Virus record (IMG/VR): IMGVR_UViG_3300037518_000427
Span: 1 to 50,485 of that record
DNA length: 50,485 bases
Strand: one strand, 5' to 3'
From: a virus
Taxonomy: Duplodnaviria > Caudoviricetes
The notes under the pieces were generated by a model. The model was given only the letters and a program-made list of their open reading frames with translations, did no database searches and was not told the origin of the DNA. A program made the translations under genes and the position numbers. Shown here piece by piece: positions 1-8,640 of this stretch; the first letter of the stretch is position 1; every line of letters begins with the position of its first letter.

Positions 1-47
1 CAGGGGGCGCTTCCCTGGAGGAGCGAGCCGGGGCCCAGCTCTATCCC

Positions 48-341
48 ATGGCCTCTCCTGACCAATCCAGTTGCGTCCGCTGCGGGATACCGCTCACCGG
101 GCATCAACGGACCTATTGTTCGACGGACTGCAAGCGGGCTACCGACCGGCATACGGACCGCAAGCCCCTTGCATCGTTCCGAGCTCTCCACAAAGAACGT
201 GGTTGGATGATAAACAAGAAGAGCCCTGGCTACTGCCAGAGGCACGGCAGTGCTCTTTGTAGAGAAGCCAGAGCGAGCTACACCTGCTCTGAGTGTTTTG
301 AAGAAGCCAATGTGGCTCTTCTGGAAAGGATGCGCCAATGA
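48..341 (+). CDS. Small Cys-rich (zinc-finger-like) hypothetical protein
   Basis: CVRC..YCSTDC and YC..C..CSEC motifs; ATGA overlap with next ORF. Confidence 0.55.
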   Translation: MASPDQSSCVRCGIPLTGHQRTYCSTDCKRATDRHTDRKPLASFRALHKERGWMINKKSPGYCQRHGSALCREARASYTCSECFEEANVALLERMRQ

Positions 342-358
342 CGCACAACGGAGGACCT

Positions 359-526
359 ATGACCGACGAGAAGAACACCGTGCGCGTTGGCATAGAGATG
401 CCTGTGGAGTTGCGCGAACGATGTGAGAAGGAACGTAGGCGGAGAGGGCTTACGAGCTTGACGAGCTGGATCCGGATGGTTTTGACCGACCATCTGGACC
501 AGGTGGAGAAACAGCGCGAGCGATAG
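359..526 (+). CDS. Ribbon-helix-helix (CopG/Arc-like) DNA-binding protein
   Basis: VRVGIEMP strand + VELRERCEKE helix + SLTSWIRMVL helix; GGAGG RBS before ATG 359 (alternative start 338). Confidence 0.7.
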   Translation: MTDEKNTVRVGIEMPVELRERCEKERRRRGLTSLTSWIRMVLTDHLDQVEKQRER

Positions 527-630
527 GACGACCTGGCCGGTGGAGTAAGCCTTTCTCCCGCAAGCGCAGCCCCCGGTGCTTTGCCTCACCGACCTGCGGC
601 CGGCCACTTATCTGTCTTTGGGGGTGCAAA

Positions 631-1407
631 ATGAGTCGTGTGACCTTTCATTCTCGGCACGGCGAAGCACATCTTCGTGGCGCCGAGCGAGCCTATTGCG
701 ATTTGATCTGTAGAGATCTGTTCTTACGGGCATCTGGAGTCATGGCGATCTTTGGCGATGCAGAATACTTGGAGTACACCAGACTTCTACCAGAAGGCCA
801 CTACATTCGTAGGATGCCTCGGAACGATAGAGATCTTCAGGTTGCGTTCAATGTACTAGCTTTTGATGGTGACGTCCTAACGTTGCCCGATGGCCGTACC
901 TGCGACCCATTCGATGCCAATCTCAACACGGCGATCGCACTGGATTCGCCGGTGCTTTCGCTCGCCGCTCACCTCCATGGGCAGTGTGAGATCCATGGGT
1001 GGATCGCGCCAGGAATGAGGCACTGGTTCGCCAACCTCATCGAAGATGGCCGTAAGCGTAATGTCCTTCGCGACAGCATGGGTTGGGAAGAAGTTGCAGC
1101 ATTCCTGAGGGGGAACGAAGACGGTCGAGTCGTCACGAGTTATTCGGTGTGCGATGGGTTCCCCAACCGGTTCGTGGCGAACTGGGAGCCTCCACCGGAC
1201 GATCCGGACGGTGACAGTTGGTACGATCTCAGCCACGAGGAGAGGTGGAATCTGGCAGAAGCTGGGCTCAATCCTGAGTTGGAGTGGCGTTCGATCACGT
1301 TCAACGGTCCTCTCAGGCAGTTCTTCGGCAATGGGATCAGCGGGTTCGACATCAATCGGGCTGTGACTGAGAAGCTGGTCGCACAGCCACGCCAGGTGGC
1401 GCGATGA
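631..1407 (+). CDS. Hypothetical protein, 258 aa
   Basis: Long globular-looking ORF, coupled by ATGA to next gene. Confidence 0.75.
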   Translation: MSRVTFHSRHGEAHLRGAERAYCDLICRDLFLRASGVMAIFGDAEYLEYTRLLPEGHYIRRMPRNDRDLQVAFNVLAFDGDVLTLPDGRTCDPFDANLNTAIALDSPVLSLAAHLHGQCEIHGWIAPGMRHWFANLIEDGRKRNVLRDSMGWEEVAAFLRGNEDGRVVTSYSVCDGFPNRFVANWEPPPDDPDGDSWYDLSHEERWNLAEAGLNPELEWRSITFNGPLRQFFGNGISGFDINRAVTEKLVAQPRQVAR

Positions 1408-1544
1408 AGTTTGTTTTCAGCTCATCTCTACTAATTCTTGCTGGAATCGCGTTCGCGCTGCATTGCAAGCGTTTGGTGGATGGTGACCACTCAACGTTCA
1501 GATGGGCGATCGCAGGACTGATGTTGGCTTTGATGGTTTTCTGA
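1404..1544 (+). CDS. Small membrane protein, 46 aa (MKFVFSSSLLILAGIAFAL...)
   Basis: Read manually; ATGA overlap; two hydrophobic segments. Confidence 0.5.
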   Translation: MKFVFSSSLLILAGIAFALHCKRLVDGDHSTFRWAIAGLMLALMVF

Positions 1545-1598
1545 CACGCAGAACTGTCGCGAGACCGAGGCAGTGACTGAGAAGGGGGCGACTCTGCC

Positions 1599-1790
1599 GT
1601 GACTGTTTTCCCCAACGTCCTCGCGGTAAGCCAGAAGATGTATCGGCGATTGGTCCAGGCCGCCGACCAAGAGAAGGCCGAGGCACTTGCCGCTGAGCGA
1701 CTCCGCTCTAAAGAACGTAAAGCCGCTTGGATCCGATACTTGCGCACACGCGATCGGGGGTCGAAATGCGAACCAGGGACTGGCCATTGA
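1599..1790 (+). CDS. Hypothetical basic helical protein
   Basis: GTG start after purine-rich tract; fits gene tiling. Confidence 0.45.
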   Translation: MTVFPNVLAVSQKMYRRLVQAADQEKAEALAAERLRSKERKAAWIRYLRTRDRGSKCEPGTGH

Positions 1791-1951
1791 GATCGGCCGT
1801 CGTTCTTTTCTGTATTGGAGTCATGGGCACAGTTCTCCTCGCGCTCGGCGTATTTCAAACTACGGAGGAAGTAGCCATTACCGTGTGGGGTGTCTTGACT
1901 CTGGCTGTCTGCGCCCTAGCCCTCTTGGATTTGGTCGTTTACTGGGACTGA
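1766..1951 (+). CDS. Small two-TM membrane protein
   Basis: AVVLFCIGVMGTVLLALGVF and ITVWGVLTLAVCALALL hydrophobic helices. Confidence 0.55.
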   Translation: MRTRDWPLRSAVVLFCIGVMGTVLLALGVFQTTEEVAITVWGVLTLAVCALALLDLVVYWD

Positions 1952-1965
1952 GAACGGAGGGAGGA

Positions 1966-2175
1966 ATGGGAGAAGTGGACATGAAGCGCGAATTGGCCTA
2001 CTACGTTGCGGATCTTTTAGAGATCTACGCCAGTCATCGCGACGGCGAGATGGAGAAGTGTCGGTCCTGTTTTGTTGCGGATCTCGTGAGTCGGATAGAG
2101 ACCGACGAGAGTCTACGCCCGAGTCAACGGCTACGATTCGAGTTGGTCCGGTCGACACCGGAGGAGGGCACGTGA
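1966..2175 (+). CDS. Hypothetical protein
   Basis: Strong GGAGGGAGGA RBS; stop overlaps GTG of next gene. Confidence 0.55.
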   Translation: MGEVDMKRELAYYVADLLEIYASHRDGEMEKCRSCFVADLVSRIETDESLRPSQRLRFELVRSTPEEGT

Positions 2176-2804
2176 AAGAGCGCGGCATCATCATGTCCGG
2201 TCCGATGGTTCGGGCGATACGTGACGGTCGCAAGACGCAGACGCGGAGGATCGTCAAGCAAGCAACCGATCATGGAGAGATCGCGTTCGCGGTGGAACCA
2301 GCAAAGGACTCAGGCTGGATCGCCTGGTTTGGGCAGCCAGACCCTACCGTTCGCCAACTCACGAAGCGAGCCTACTCGAACGGATTCGCTTGCCCCTTCG
2401 GCGTGCCTGGCGACCGTCTCTGGATCAGGGAGACCTTCGCGCAGTGGCCAGTGGCGAGCGGGCAGTACCGCTATCGTGCTGATGGCGAGTGGACCGACGA
2501 AGAAAGGGCAGCAGGAGCCCAGTGGGCTGGTGGGTTCCTCATGCCGCGCGTCGCGTCGCGGATCGTGGTGGGCGTCACCGACATCCGGGTCGAGCCACTC
2601 CAGGCGATCAGCGAGATTGGTGCGATTGCCGAAGGGATCGACGGGATCGAGCCAGAGCCACGAGAGGCGTTCCGCGAACTGTGGGAGTCGATCCACGGAC
2701 CGGGATCCTGGGTCGTCAACCCGTGGGTCTGGGTGATCCAGTTTGGACCCGTGGCCCATACCTACTTTCTGAACGAGCAGCACGAGGAGCACATTCGCAG
2801 ATGA
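2172..2804 (+). CDS. ASCH-like phage protein (KERxIxxSxPMVRAI..GRKTQTRR family)
   Basis: GRKTQTRR motif, GDRLWIRET, MPRxASRI and C-terminal W..NPWVWVI; GAGGAGG RBS before GTG 2172. Confidence 0.8.
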   Translation: MKERGIIMSGPMVRAIRDGRKTQTRRIVKQATDHGEIAFAVEPAKDSGWIAWFGQPDPTVRQLTKRAYSNGFACPFGVPGDRLWIRETFAQWPVASGQYRYRADGEWTDEERAAGAQWAGGFLMPRVASRIVVGVTDIRVEPLQAISEIGAIAEGIDGIEPEPREAFRELWESIHGPGSWVVNPWVWVIQFGPVAHTYFLNEQHEEHIRR

Positions 2805-3004
2805 GAGGAGGAAACGTGCGAACGAAAGAGGGTGACACCAGGATCCGCCGACGCTTTCTGCTCTTACCGCTCATGATCGGTGACGAGCAAAGGTGGTTGG
2901 AGTCCGTGAGATGGGAAGAGAGGGCGGAACTGCATCCGGACTGGGCAGTGAGCCCACACCCTCCGATGAAGTTGGTTTGGGTCAAAACGAGGTTTCTACC
3001 ATGA
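2801..3004 (+). CDS. Hypothetical protein (RRFLLLPLMIGDEQRWLE type)
   Basis: ATGA overlaps at both ends; alternative GTG start 2816 with RBS. Confidence 0.55.
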   Translation: MRGGNVRTKEGDTRIRRRFLLLPLMIGDEQRWLESVRWEERAELHPDWAVSPHPPMKLVWVKTRFLP

Positions 3005-3561
3005 ACGGTTACTCAGCCATCGCTCTAGTACGGCCAAAGTCCGAATGTAACTTCGGAGGTGTGATGCGTGCTGCGCATGCCTTCGGAGTCCAACTCATCC
3101 TGCTCCAAGGATGCCGATTCCGACGCACCATCACCGACACGCCGCATGCTTGGAAGTCCATCCCGGTAGTCCATACGGACGATGTCCACGCTTCGATTCC
3201 ATACGACTGCGTTCCCATCGCAGTTGAGAGAACCGACAATGCAGTTAGCCTGGTTGACTTCGTTCATCCAGCCAGGGCGCTCTACATCTTCGGGCCAGAA
3301 GACGGCACGATGGGGCGGCAGGTCTTCGACTGGTGCAAGCACGTCGTGAAGATCCCGTCCGGATCTCTCAATCTCGCCATGTGCGCGAACGTGGTGCTCT
3401 ACGATCGCATGGCGAAAGCAGTCATGAGGCAGAAGCGGGACCAATTCTTTGGAAAGGTCACGCCACAAATCAACCTATCCTACTTCGACGACATCAAAGA
3501 GTTCACCAAGGAGCAGTACGACTACCTGCTGGCTCGGGGCAAGGATCGGAGGATGACGTGA
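3001..3561 (+). CDS. SpoU/TrmH-family SPOUT RNA 2'-O-methyltransferase
   Basis: N-x-G-x-x-x-R-x-x-x-A-F-G motif 1, YIFGPEDG motif 2, IP..SLNLA..ANVVLYDR motif 3. Confidence 0.9.
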   Translation: MNGYSAIALVRPKSECNFGGVMRAAHAFGVQLILLQGCRFRRTITDTPHAWKSIPVVHTDDVHASIPYDCVPIAVERTDNAVSLVDFVHPARALYIFGPEDGTMGRQVFDWCKHVVKIPSGSLNLAMCANVVLYDRMAKAVMRQKRDQFFGKVTPQINLSYFDDIKEFTKEQYDYLLARGKDRRMT

Positions 3562-4373
3562 TGGCCCACTTGGACCCAGAGATCGAGAACGCCTTCGAGC
3601 GGGCCAACGGCTTCCCCTTCAACCCGGTCCTGATCGGCCGCATGGGCTCACACTCGCACGGAACCTGGATCGCCCCGGAGGAGGCCATGGGAAGCGACGA
3701 CACAGACTACATGGCGTTCGTCCTGCCGCCTCCGGAAGCCATCATCGGCCTGCGCCACTGGGAGGGCTGGAACTGGCAGCATGACCACCTTGACGTGACC
3801 GTCTATTCGATCGCGAAAGCCTTCCGGCTCTTGCTCAAGGGTAACCCAAACGTGATCGGAATGCTCTGGCTCGAGAAGGAAGACCAAGTGTTTACCAGTT
3901 CAGACGGCCAGGACATGCTCGAACACCGAGAACGGTTCAGCTCACGCGAAAGTCTCAAGTCCTTCCTGGGGTACGCACGGGCACAGTTCGCCCACATGGA
4001 GAAGTCGCCCACCGTCAAGGGGTACATGGGCGAGAAGCGGAAGGCGATATTCCACACGTTCGGCTACGACACGAAGAACGCTGCCCACCTGATCCGGCTG
4101 CTCTGGACCGCCATCGAGTTCGCCAGGACGGGAGTTCTCAAAGTCAGACGGCCCGAGAACGAGTGTGCTCAACTCAGGGACATCAAGCAGGGGAAGTGGC
4201 TGCGCGGATCGGTGACATCTCTGGCCGGAAATCTGCATGACCAGTTGCGGGCAGCGATCGAGACCAGCGTGCTCCCGGAGAGGCCAGAGACGGGGAAGGC
4301 AGAAACAATGCTCATGTGGATTCACCTCGACTACCTGCGGATTGGGGAGGCCCCATGCCGGACTGGTTTCTAG
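3561..4373 (+). CDS. Pol-beta superfamily nucleotidyltransferase (RlaP/YcgL/T4 NrdC.11-like)
   Basis: GSHSHG..SDDTDY, LLLKGNPNVIGMLW and GYDTKNAAHLIRLL motifs. Confidence 0.85.
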   Translation: MAHLDPEIENAFERANGFPFNPVLIGRMGSHSHGTWIAPEEAMGSDDTDYMAFVLPPPEAIIGLRHWEGWNWQHDHLDVTVYSIAKAFRLLLKGNPNVIGMLWLEKEDQVFTSSDGQDMLEHRERFSSRESLKSFLGYARAQFAHMEKSPTVKGYMGEKRKAIFHTFGYDTKNAAHLIRLLWTAIEFARTGVLKVRRPENECAQLRDIKQGKWLRGSVTSLAGNLHDQLRAAIETSVLPERPETGKAETMLMWIHLDYLRIGEAPCRTGF

Positions 4374-4522
4374 CACTCGCACTGGTACCGATCACGTTCC
4401 TATTTGGGTTCTGGGTCGGATTGATTTCAGGCTACGCCAAGTCGCGCCGCATTCTCGCGGAGTACTTGGAGCGCAAGCAACGCAAGCGCAGCGAGTACGA
4501 GCGTGCGAGGGGAGAACTCTGA
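4355..4522 (+). CDS. Small single-TM membrane protein
   Basis: GGGGAGG RBS; hydrophobic N-terminus and basic tail. Confidence 0.55.
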   Translation: MPDWFLALALVPITFLFGFWVGLISGYAKSRRILAEYLERKQRKRSEYERARGEL

Positions 4523-4809
4523 TGGGCAAGCCACGTGAACCAATTACCTGCCACTTGATCGTCGAGGTCGACGGGCTAATCGAGGAAGCCAGCTATCCCG
4601 GCTATCAGCCCGTGACGCTCTACCCTCGTGAGTGGAGAGGGAAGGGTACCGTAGCCATGAATAAGGCGCAGATCACGTTCCCAGTCAGTCCTGTTGCGAT
4701 CACCGTAGTGGGCATCGAGACTAGACGATCTGGTAGAACGCCCGCGGATGATACCCCGGCATCCACGGAATCGGATCATCTGCCTCGGGGCTCAGATCCT
4801 CCGGCGTGA
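4522..4809 (+). CDS. Diverged, probably truncated paralog of the 37589-38020 virion protein
   Basis: EASYPGYQPV..W....N.AQITFP aligns by eye to ECAYTSYARV..W....N.AAVTWP; 3' end overlaps the convergent gene. Confidence 0.45.
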   Translation: MGKPREPITCHLIVEVDGLIEEASYPGYQPVTLYPREWRGKGTVAMNKAQITFPVSPVAITVVGIETRRSGRTPADDTPASTESDHLPRGSDPPA

Positions 4810-5329
4810 TGGTGTTGCTAGGTCCGGTCGTGCGGATCATCCCAAGGCGGCGGAGCCAGTATCCCCACGCCTCCGAGCAGAACTCCCCCTCGCGGTCTTC
4901 GCGGTTGCGGAGGAAATTCCAGGACGCGCCGACGAACTGAATCCAGTCTGACTCGTAGCGAACCTCCGACAGCTCGCGCCGGACCAGGTCCCACTGGATC
5001 GCCATCTCCGTCGTCCTAGGTCCATTGATCGACCACCAGTAGACGCGGCCCTTGTAACGCTTGACCCGGTCAGAGAGAGACACGACGCGAACACCGTCGC
5101 CCTCCTTCTTGCCCTTGAAGACGTCTAGAAGACCGTCCCGCGGCGTGCTCTCGGCCAGGCAGAGAACGTTCTCGAGCCACTTCGCGCCCCCGACGTGGGA
5201 GAACGTCGAGCCCGTTCCAAACCGGATCAACTGCGACACAAGGCTCGTTCCGGAGAACAGGATCACGTCGTAGTCGCGGATGATCGGCCGCGCCTGCTCG
5301 TACGGGAGGATTGGGTAGTAGCGGGTCAC
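4721..5329 (-). CDS. Permuted papain-like NlpC/P60 (YiiX/YebB-type) hydrolase
   Basis: DVILFSG..S.LIR..T.S.FSHVG His motif precedes the FCSE Cys motif (permuted order). Confidence 0.85.
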   Translation of the reverse strand: MTRYYPILPYEQARPIIRDYDVILFSGTSLVSQLIRFGTGSTFSHVGGAKWLENVLCLAESTPRDGLLDVFKGKKEGDGVRVVSLSDRVKRYKGRVYWWSINGPRTTEMAIQWDLVRRELSEVRYESDWIQFVGASWNFLRNREDREGEFCSEAWGYWLRRLGMIRTTGPSNTITPEDLSPEADDPIPWMPGYHPRAFYQIV

Positions 5330-6954
5330 CCCAATGCTGCCTCGACGTCCGTGATGAGCCGGTCGAGACGATTCTTCACCTCTGAGACCGCCTCCCGTAC
5401 CAGCATGAGCGCGTCTCCGCTAGGTGGCGGCGGCGGTGGAGGAGGAGGTGGAGGCGGCGGTGGTGGAGGCTCGACGCCGCTCTCGAAGGCGCCCATATCG
5501 ACGCTCGCTCCGACGACTCGGGGATCTCCGTTCACGTCCGTACTCGACTCGACCGCTGTCTTGTCGCCCGAGTCGATCGCGGGCGATCCATTCTCAAGTG
5601 CGTAGCTAGACGCTAGGAATTCGCCGATCAACCCGACGAAACGCGGGTCGGCCTCACTGCCGTTGGCCTCCTGGCCCTGCTCTTGGAAGTCGCCAAAGGT
5701 CTTTGCAGTTCCTTCCCAGTCGATGAGCGCACCTGTGAAGTCGCGGTGGAACATGTCGTGGTCCATGTCGACCGTGGCGCTGCCGGCTTTGCGGAAGGCG
5801 ACGGCGTCACGCGAGACGAAGATATTGTTTCGAGCAGTCAGATCGCCTTTCTGATCCTTGTAGATGTCCCAGGCGGGACCGTTCATCGCGACGATCGTGT
5901 TGTTGATGAGCTTGTCGCCGCCGCCGCCAGAGCGGTGGAGGAATGTCCGATCGTCTCTGCCGACGATGAGGTTGCTCTCGTACCGAGTCCCCTTGGCACC
6001 GTTCGCCACAATGATCGTCCAACCCTCGTTTGGAGTTCGGGCTTTCATCCCGCCGAAGACAACGTTTCTGCGGATCGTGTGCCCACCGGATCCACCGAAG
6101 TTCGCCCCCTTGTAGTCGCTCCACACGTAGTTGTCCTCGAACACCAGGCCGCTGGTTCCGTGGTCGCCGTTGTCGCGGAACGACAAGAACCCAGCCTGCC
6201 CCTTGCCGATCTCTGTCCGAGAGAATGCGCGGAACTCGTTCCCTCGGTAGATAGGCTTCTCGCATCCGTAGGTCGCCAGTGGTTCGAGATCGTCGCCGGC
6301 ATTGTCTCCACCCGCTTTGTGGATCGTGAGCGTGTTGCGCTCGAAGATGTGACCGGGGCACTCCCAGAACGCCACGCACTTCGCGTCGGCGCGGGATCCA
6401 TCCTCCACTGTAAAGTCGCAGACCCGCACGATCACACCGCGTGTGCCGAAGCTCGCCGACCCAACCGTGAGAAGCCGCACCGCTCCTCCGGAGAGCGTGA
6501 CGGAGCAACCATTGAGAACGCTCCCGGTACATCCGTCGTGCGCCTTCGGCTCGAAGTAGTAGCCTGCGACGTCGCTCTTGATGTGGACGTTCTGGAACTT
6601 GGCCGTCTTCTGCACGATCACTGGATTCCGGAGACCGTTGCCGAACCACTCGATGTTTAGGTTTCGGACCGTGAGATCCTTTGCTACTTGAAGCCAGATG
6701 CACCTCGGCTCCTGCGTGGTGGCGGCTCCTGACCATTTGATGGTGTGGCCGCACCCATCGATTTCGACGTTGTCGGCAGTCACTGTGATGACGCCCGCGC
6801 GGTGGCCGGTCGCGCTGCTGGCCACCATGTCTGCGGCAAGAGCGTACTTGCCTCCTGGTGTCGAGCATGTGAACGGGAGCGAGGCAATCACGGTGTATCC
6901 GGCCGGAACCGTACTCGGCGCAGCGGCGCGTGGACGGTCGGGGATGGGGGTCAT
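5326..6954 (-). CDS. Right-handed beta-helix (pectin-lyase-like) protein with choice-of-anchor-Q-like C-terminus and poly-Pro linker; possible depolymerase
   Basis: PGGKYALAAD..ITVTADNVEID N-terminus, NN-ladder repeats, ADPRF..SPAIDSG..D..G.PR....VDMGAFE. Confidence 0.8.
   Translation of the reverse strand: MTPIPDRPRAAAPSTVPAGYTVIASLPFTCSTPGGKYALAADMVASSATGHRAGVITVTADNVEIDGCGHTIKWSGAATTQEPRCIWLQVAKDLTVRNLNIEWFGNGLRNPVIVQKTAKFQNVHIKSDVAGYYFEPKAHDGCTGSVLNGCSVTLSGGAVRLLTVGSASFGTRGVIVRVCDFTVEDGSRADAKCVAFWECPGHIFERNTLTIHKAGGDNAGDDLEPLATYGCEKPIYRGNEFRAFSRTEIGKGQAGFLSFRDNGDHGTSGLVFEDNYVWSDYKGANFGGSGGHTIRRNVVFGGMKARTPNEGWTIIVANGAKGTRYESNLIVGRDDRTFLHRSGGGGDKLINNTIVAMNGPAWDIYKDQKGDLTARNNIFVSRDAVAFRKAGSATVDMDHDMFHRDFTGALIDWEGTAKTFGDFQEQGQEANGSEADPRFVGLIGEFLASSYALENGSPAIDSGDKTAVESSTDVNGDPRVVGASVDMGAFESGVEPPPPPPPPPPPPPPPPSGDALMLVREAVSEVKNRLDRLITDVEAALG
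5422..5469 (-). repeat. Sixteen consecutive Pro codons (mixed CCN)
   Basis: Plus strand reads (NGG)16 from 5422 to 5469. Confidence 0.9.
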
Positions 6955-7053
6955 GTGTGCTCCTTTGTGGGACGCGGCGCGCGTCCCGGTCCCTCGGACT
7001 AGATGATGGAGGGGTGGGATCCACCATCCGCGCGCGCCGCGATCCTTCCGTTG

Positions 7054-7380
7054 CTAGGGCTGCACCGGCGGGTACTTGGCCGCCGTGGTCTGGAGGTTGG
7101 TCTCCAGGTCTGCGTGATTCGACTTGATCGAGTTGAGCAAGTCGGTGACGGACGTCGGGAGATTTGGCTCCCGCGCGAGCAGCTCGTCGATATCGCTATC
7201 GATCTCTGCCAGTGAGTCAGCCATCCGAGTGGTGGCCTCGTTGATCGAAACCAGCTCGGCTTCCAGTTCGGCGATGTTCTGTGCCATGAGATCCACTTTC
7301 CTTTCGATTCGGTCTAATTGACATCGGAGATCGTCGCCAATCTCCGGGTGGTGGACGTGAACGTGTATCGTCAGTCCCAT
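7054..7380 (-). CDS. Coiled-coil protein in lysis region
   Basis: GGAGG RBS; heptad-like acidic helix. Confidence 0.7.
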   Translation of the reverse strand: MGLTIHVHVHHPEIGDDLRCQLDRIERKVDLMAQNIAELEAELVSINEATTRMADSLAEIDSDIDELLAREPNLPTSVTDLLNSIKSNHADLETNLQTTAAKYPPVQP

Positions 7381-7395
7381 CGGTTTCCACCTCCT

Positions 7396-7536
7396 CTAAC
7401 GGCCCAGCGGAAGATGTTCGAGAAGCGCGATGAAGCATAGAAGCAACACCGAAACCCAGCCGGGCCACTTCCCAGCGGCCCACATGATCGCAGCAACGAA
7501 CGCAGCCAGAACCAGAACGAGCAAGACGGTAACCAT
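7396..7536 (-). CDS. 46-aa two-TM protein (MVTVLLVLVLAAFVAAIMWAAGKWPGWVSVLLLCFIALLEHLPLGR), holin-like lysis candidate
   Basis: Read manually; AGGAGG RBS; immediately after endolysin. Confidence 0.7.
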   Translation of the reverse strand: MVTVLLVLVLAAFVAAIMWAAGKWPGWVSVLLLCFIALLEHLPLGR

Positions 7537-7545
7537 CTGTTCCTC

Positions 7546-7950
7546 CTAATGCTCCACCTCGAAATGCGGGCGGTCAGGACGAACCCAGCGCCCGCCCCAC
7601 TTGAGCCCGCACCATTCGCCGATCGCTCCCACCACGTCCCACGGTCCGGACCACTCGACACTTGTAGGCGTACCGTCGCGACTCCGCTCGGACACGAACG
7701 CCACATCGAACGCCAAGCTGGCCGGCTGCCCCTGCTCGGTATGCTCGTGCTTGCTCGTACCGGGGCGCGCGTACGTGACGATGCGCCCGGGAGCCGTTCG
7801 CCCCTGTGCGTAGATGGCTGCCTGATCCTCCGTGGAACGCCAGACATCCGTAATGAGCAGGTCTATCTCCAGAGCCGCGCATCGTGCGAGTAGCTGCATG
7901 CACCTCCTGTGCACGTCAGGTCGCAAATGGTCGAGATCGCGCGTGCTCAT
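7546..7950 (-). CDS. Endolysin, M15 family (L-Ala-D-Glu peptidase-like)
   Basis: RS.E.Q..IYAQGRT, SKH..AFD, WGGRW..DRPHFE zinc-peptidase motifs. Confidence 0.9.
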   Translation of the reverse strand: MSTRDLDHLRPDVHRRCMQLLARCAALEIDLLITDVWRSTEDQAAIYAQGRTAPGRIVTYARPGTSKHEHTEQGQPASLAFDVAFVSERSRDGTPTSVEWSGPWDVVGAIGEWCGLKWGGRWVRPDRPHFEVEH

Positions 7951-8101
7951 CTACTCTCCAGCCTGGGTGCTGCGGGCCGGGTGTTGGTCCATGGTTTGAC
8001 ATCCAGTGCCCACTAGATGCCGGTCCCCACCATCGAGAGCAATCTCCCGGCCCGCAACTCTCATGTTTTCGCCTGCTTTTCCGCGATCGCAGCGCAATCT
8101 C

Positions 8102-8563
8102 TCACGCTACGGGGGTGATCTTCTTTGCCTCCTCAACCCTCTCCGCGAGCGTCACTTTGAGCTCGGCGATCTTGGTTTGGGTGGTTTTGACAACTGCCAA
8201 CGTTTCGGCGGACGCAGTGTTTCCGTTCTTGATCGCAATCAGCTCCAGGAGCACAGCTAGATACGCCTCTGCTGATGCCAGCTCGGCGCGCAAGGCACGG
8301 TCCAACTGCGAGTTTCCGAGCGTATGCAGGTCGTCGAGTTTTTTATCCTGCCTGGTTGCGATCGCGGCGAGTTGCTGAGTAGCCCTCAACGCGACAAGAT
8401 CCTGTCTTGCCCAATCGCGTTCTTTCTCCTCACTCCTAGCCTGAGCCTCGGCCGCGATGTCTCCTCGCCGGATTCGGCCCTCGACTTGGATTCGCCACAC
8501 CGCAAACGCGGCGAGCCCCAGTGAAACGATAGCTCCGATAAGTGCGACTACAACAGCATCCAC
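8102..8563 (-). CDS. N-terminal TM plus coiled-coil protein, holin-like candidate
   Basis: VVALIGAIVSLGLAAFAVW TM; upstream of endolysin; GTG 8563 with GAGG RBS. Confidence 0.6.
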   Translation of the reverse strand: MDAVVVALIGAIVSLGLAAFAVWRIQVEGRIRRGDIAAEAQARSEEKERDWARQDLVALRATQQLAAIATRQDKKLDDLHTLGNSQLDRALRAELASAEAYLAVLLELIAIKNGNTASAETLAVVKTTQTKIAELKVTLAERVEEAKKITPVA

Positions 8564-8640
8564 TCTGTCATCCTCTCTACTACCATGCCCCAGCGCATCC
8601 GCTTGGCCCCAGCGAGACACGCGGTTACTGCTCTATAAGA

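Noticed and set aside
527-630. Possible structured RNA after the RHH gene
   Set aside because: Only short GC-rich pairings (TGGCCGG/CCGGCCA), expected by chance at this GC content
5807-7027. 406-aa same-strand alternative-frame ORF in the beta-helix gene
   Set aside because: Arg-rich and motif-less, typical of a high-GC frame artefact, unlike the motif-bearing ORF nested in the intein
7951-8064. 37-aa minus-strand ORF before the endolysin
   Set aside because: No RBS or recognisable features
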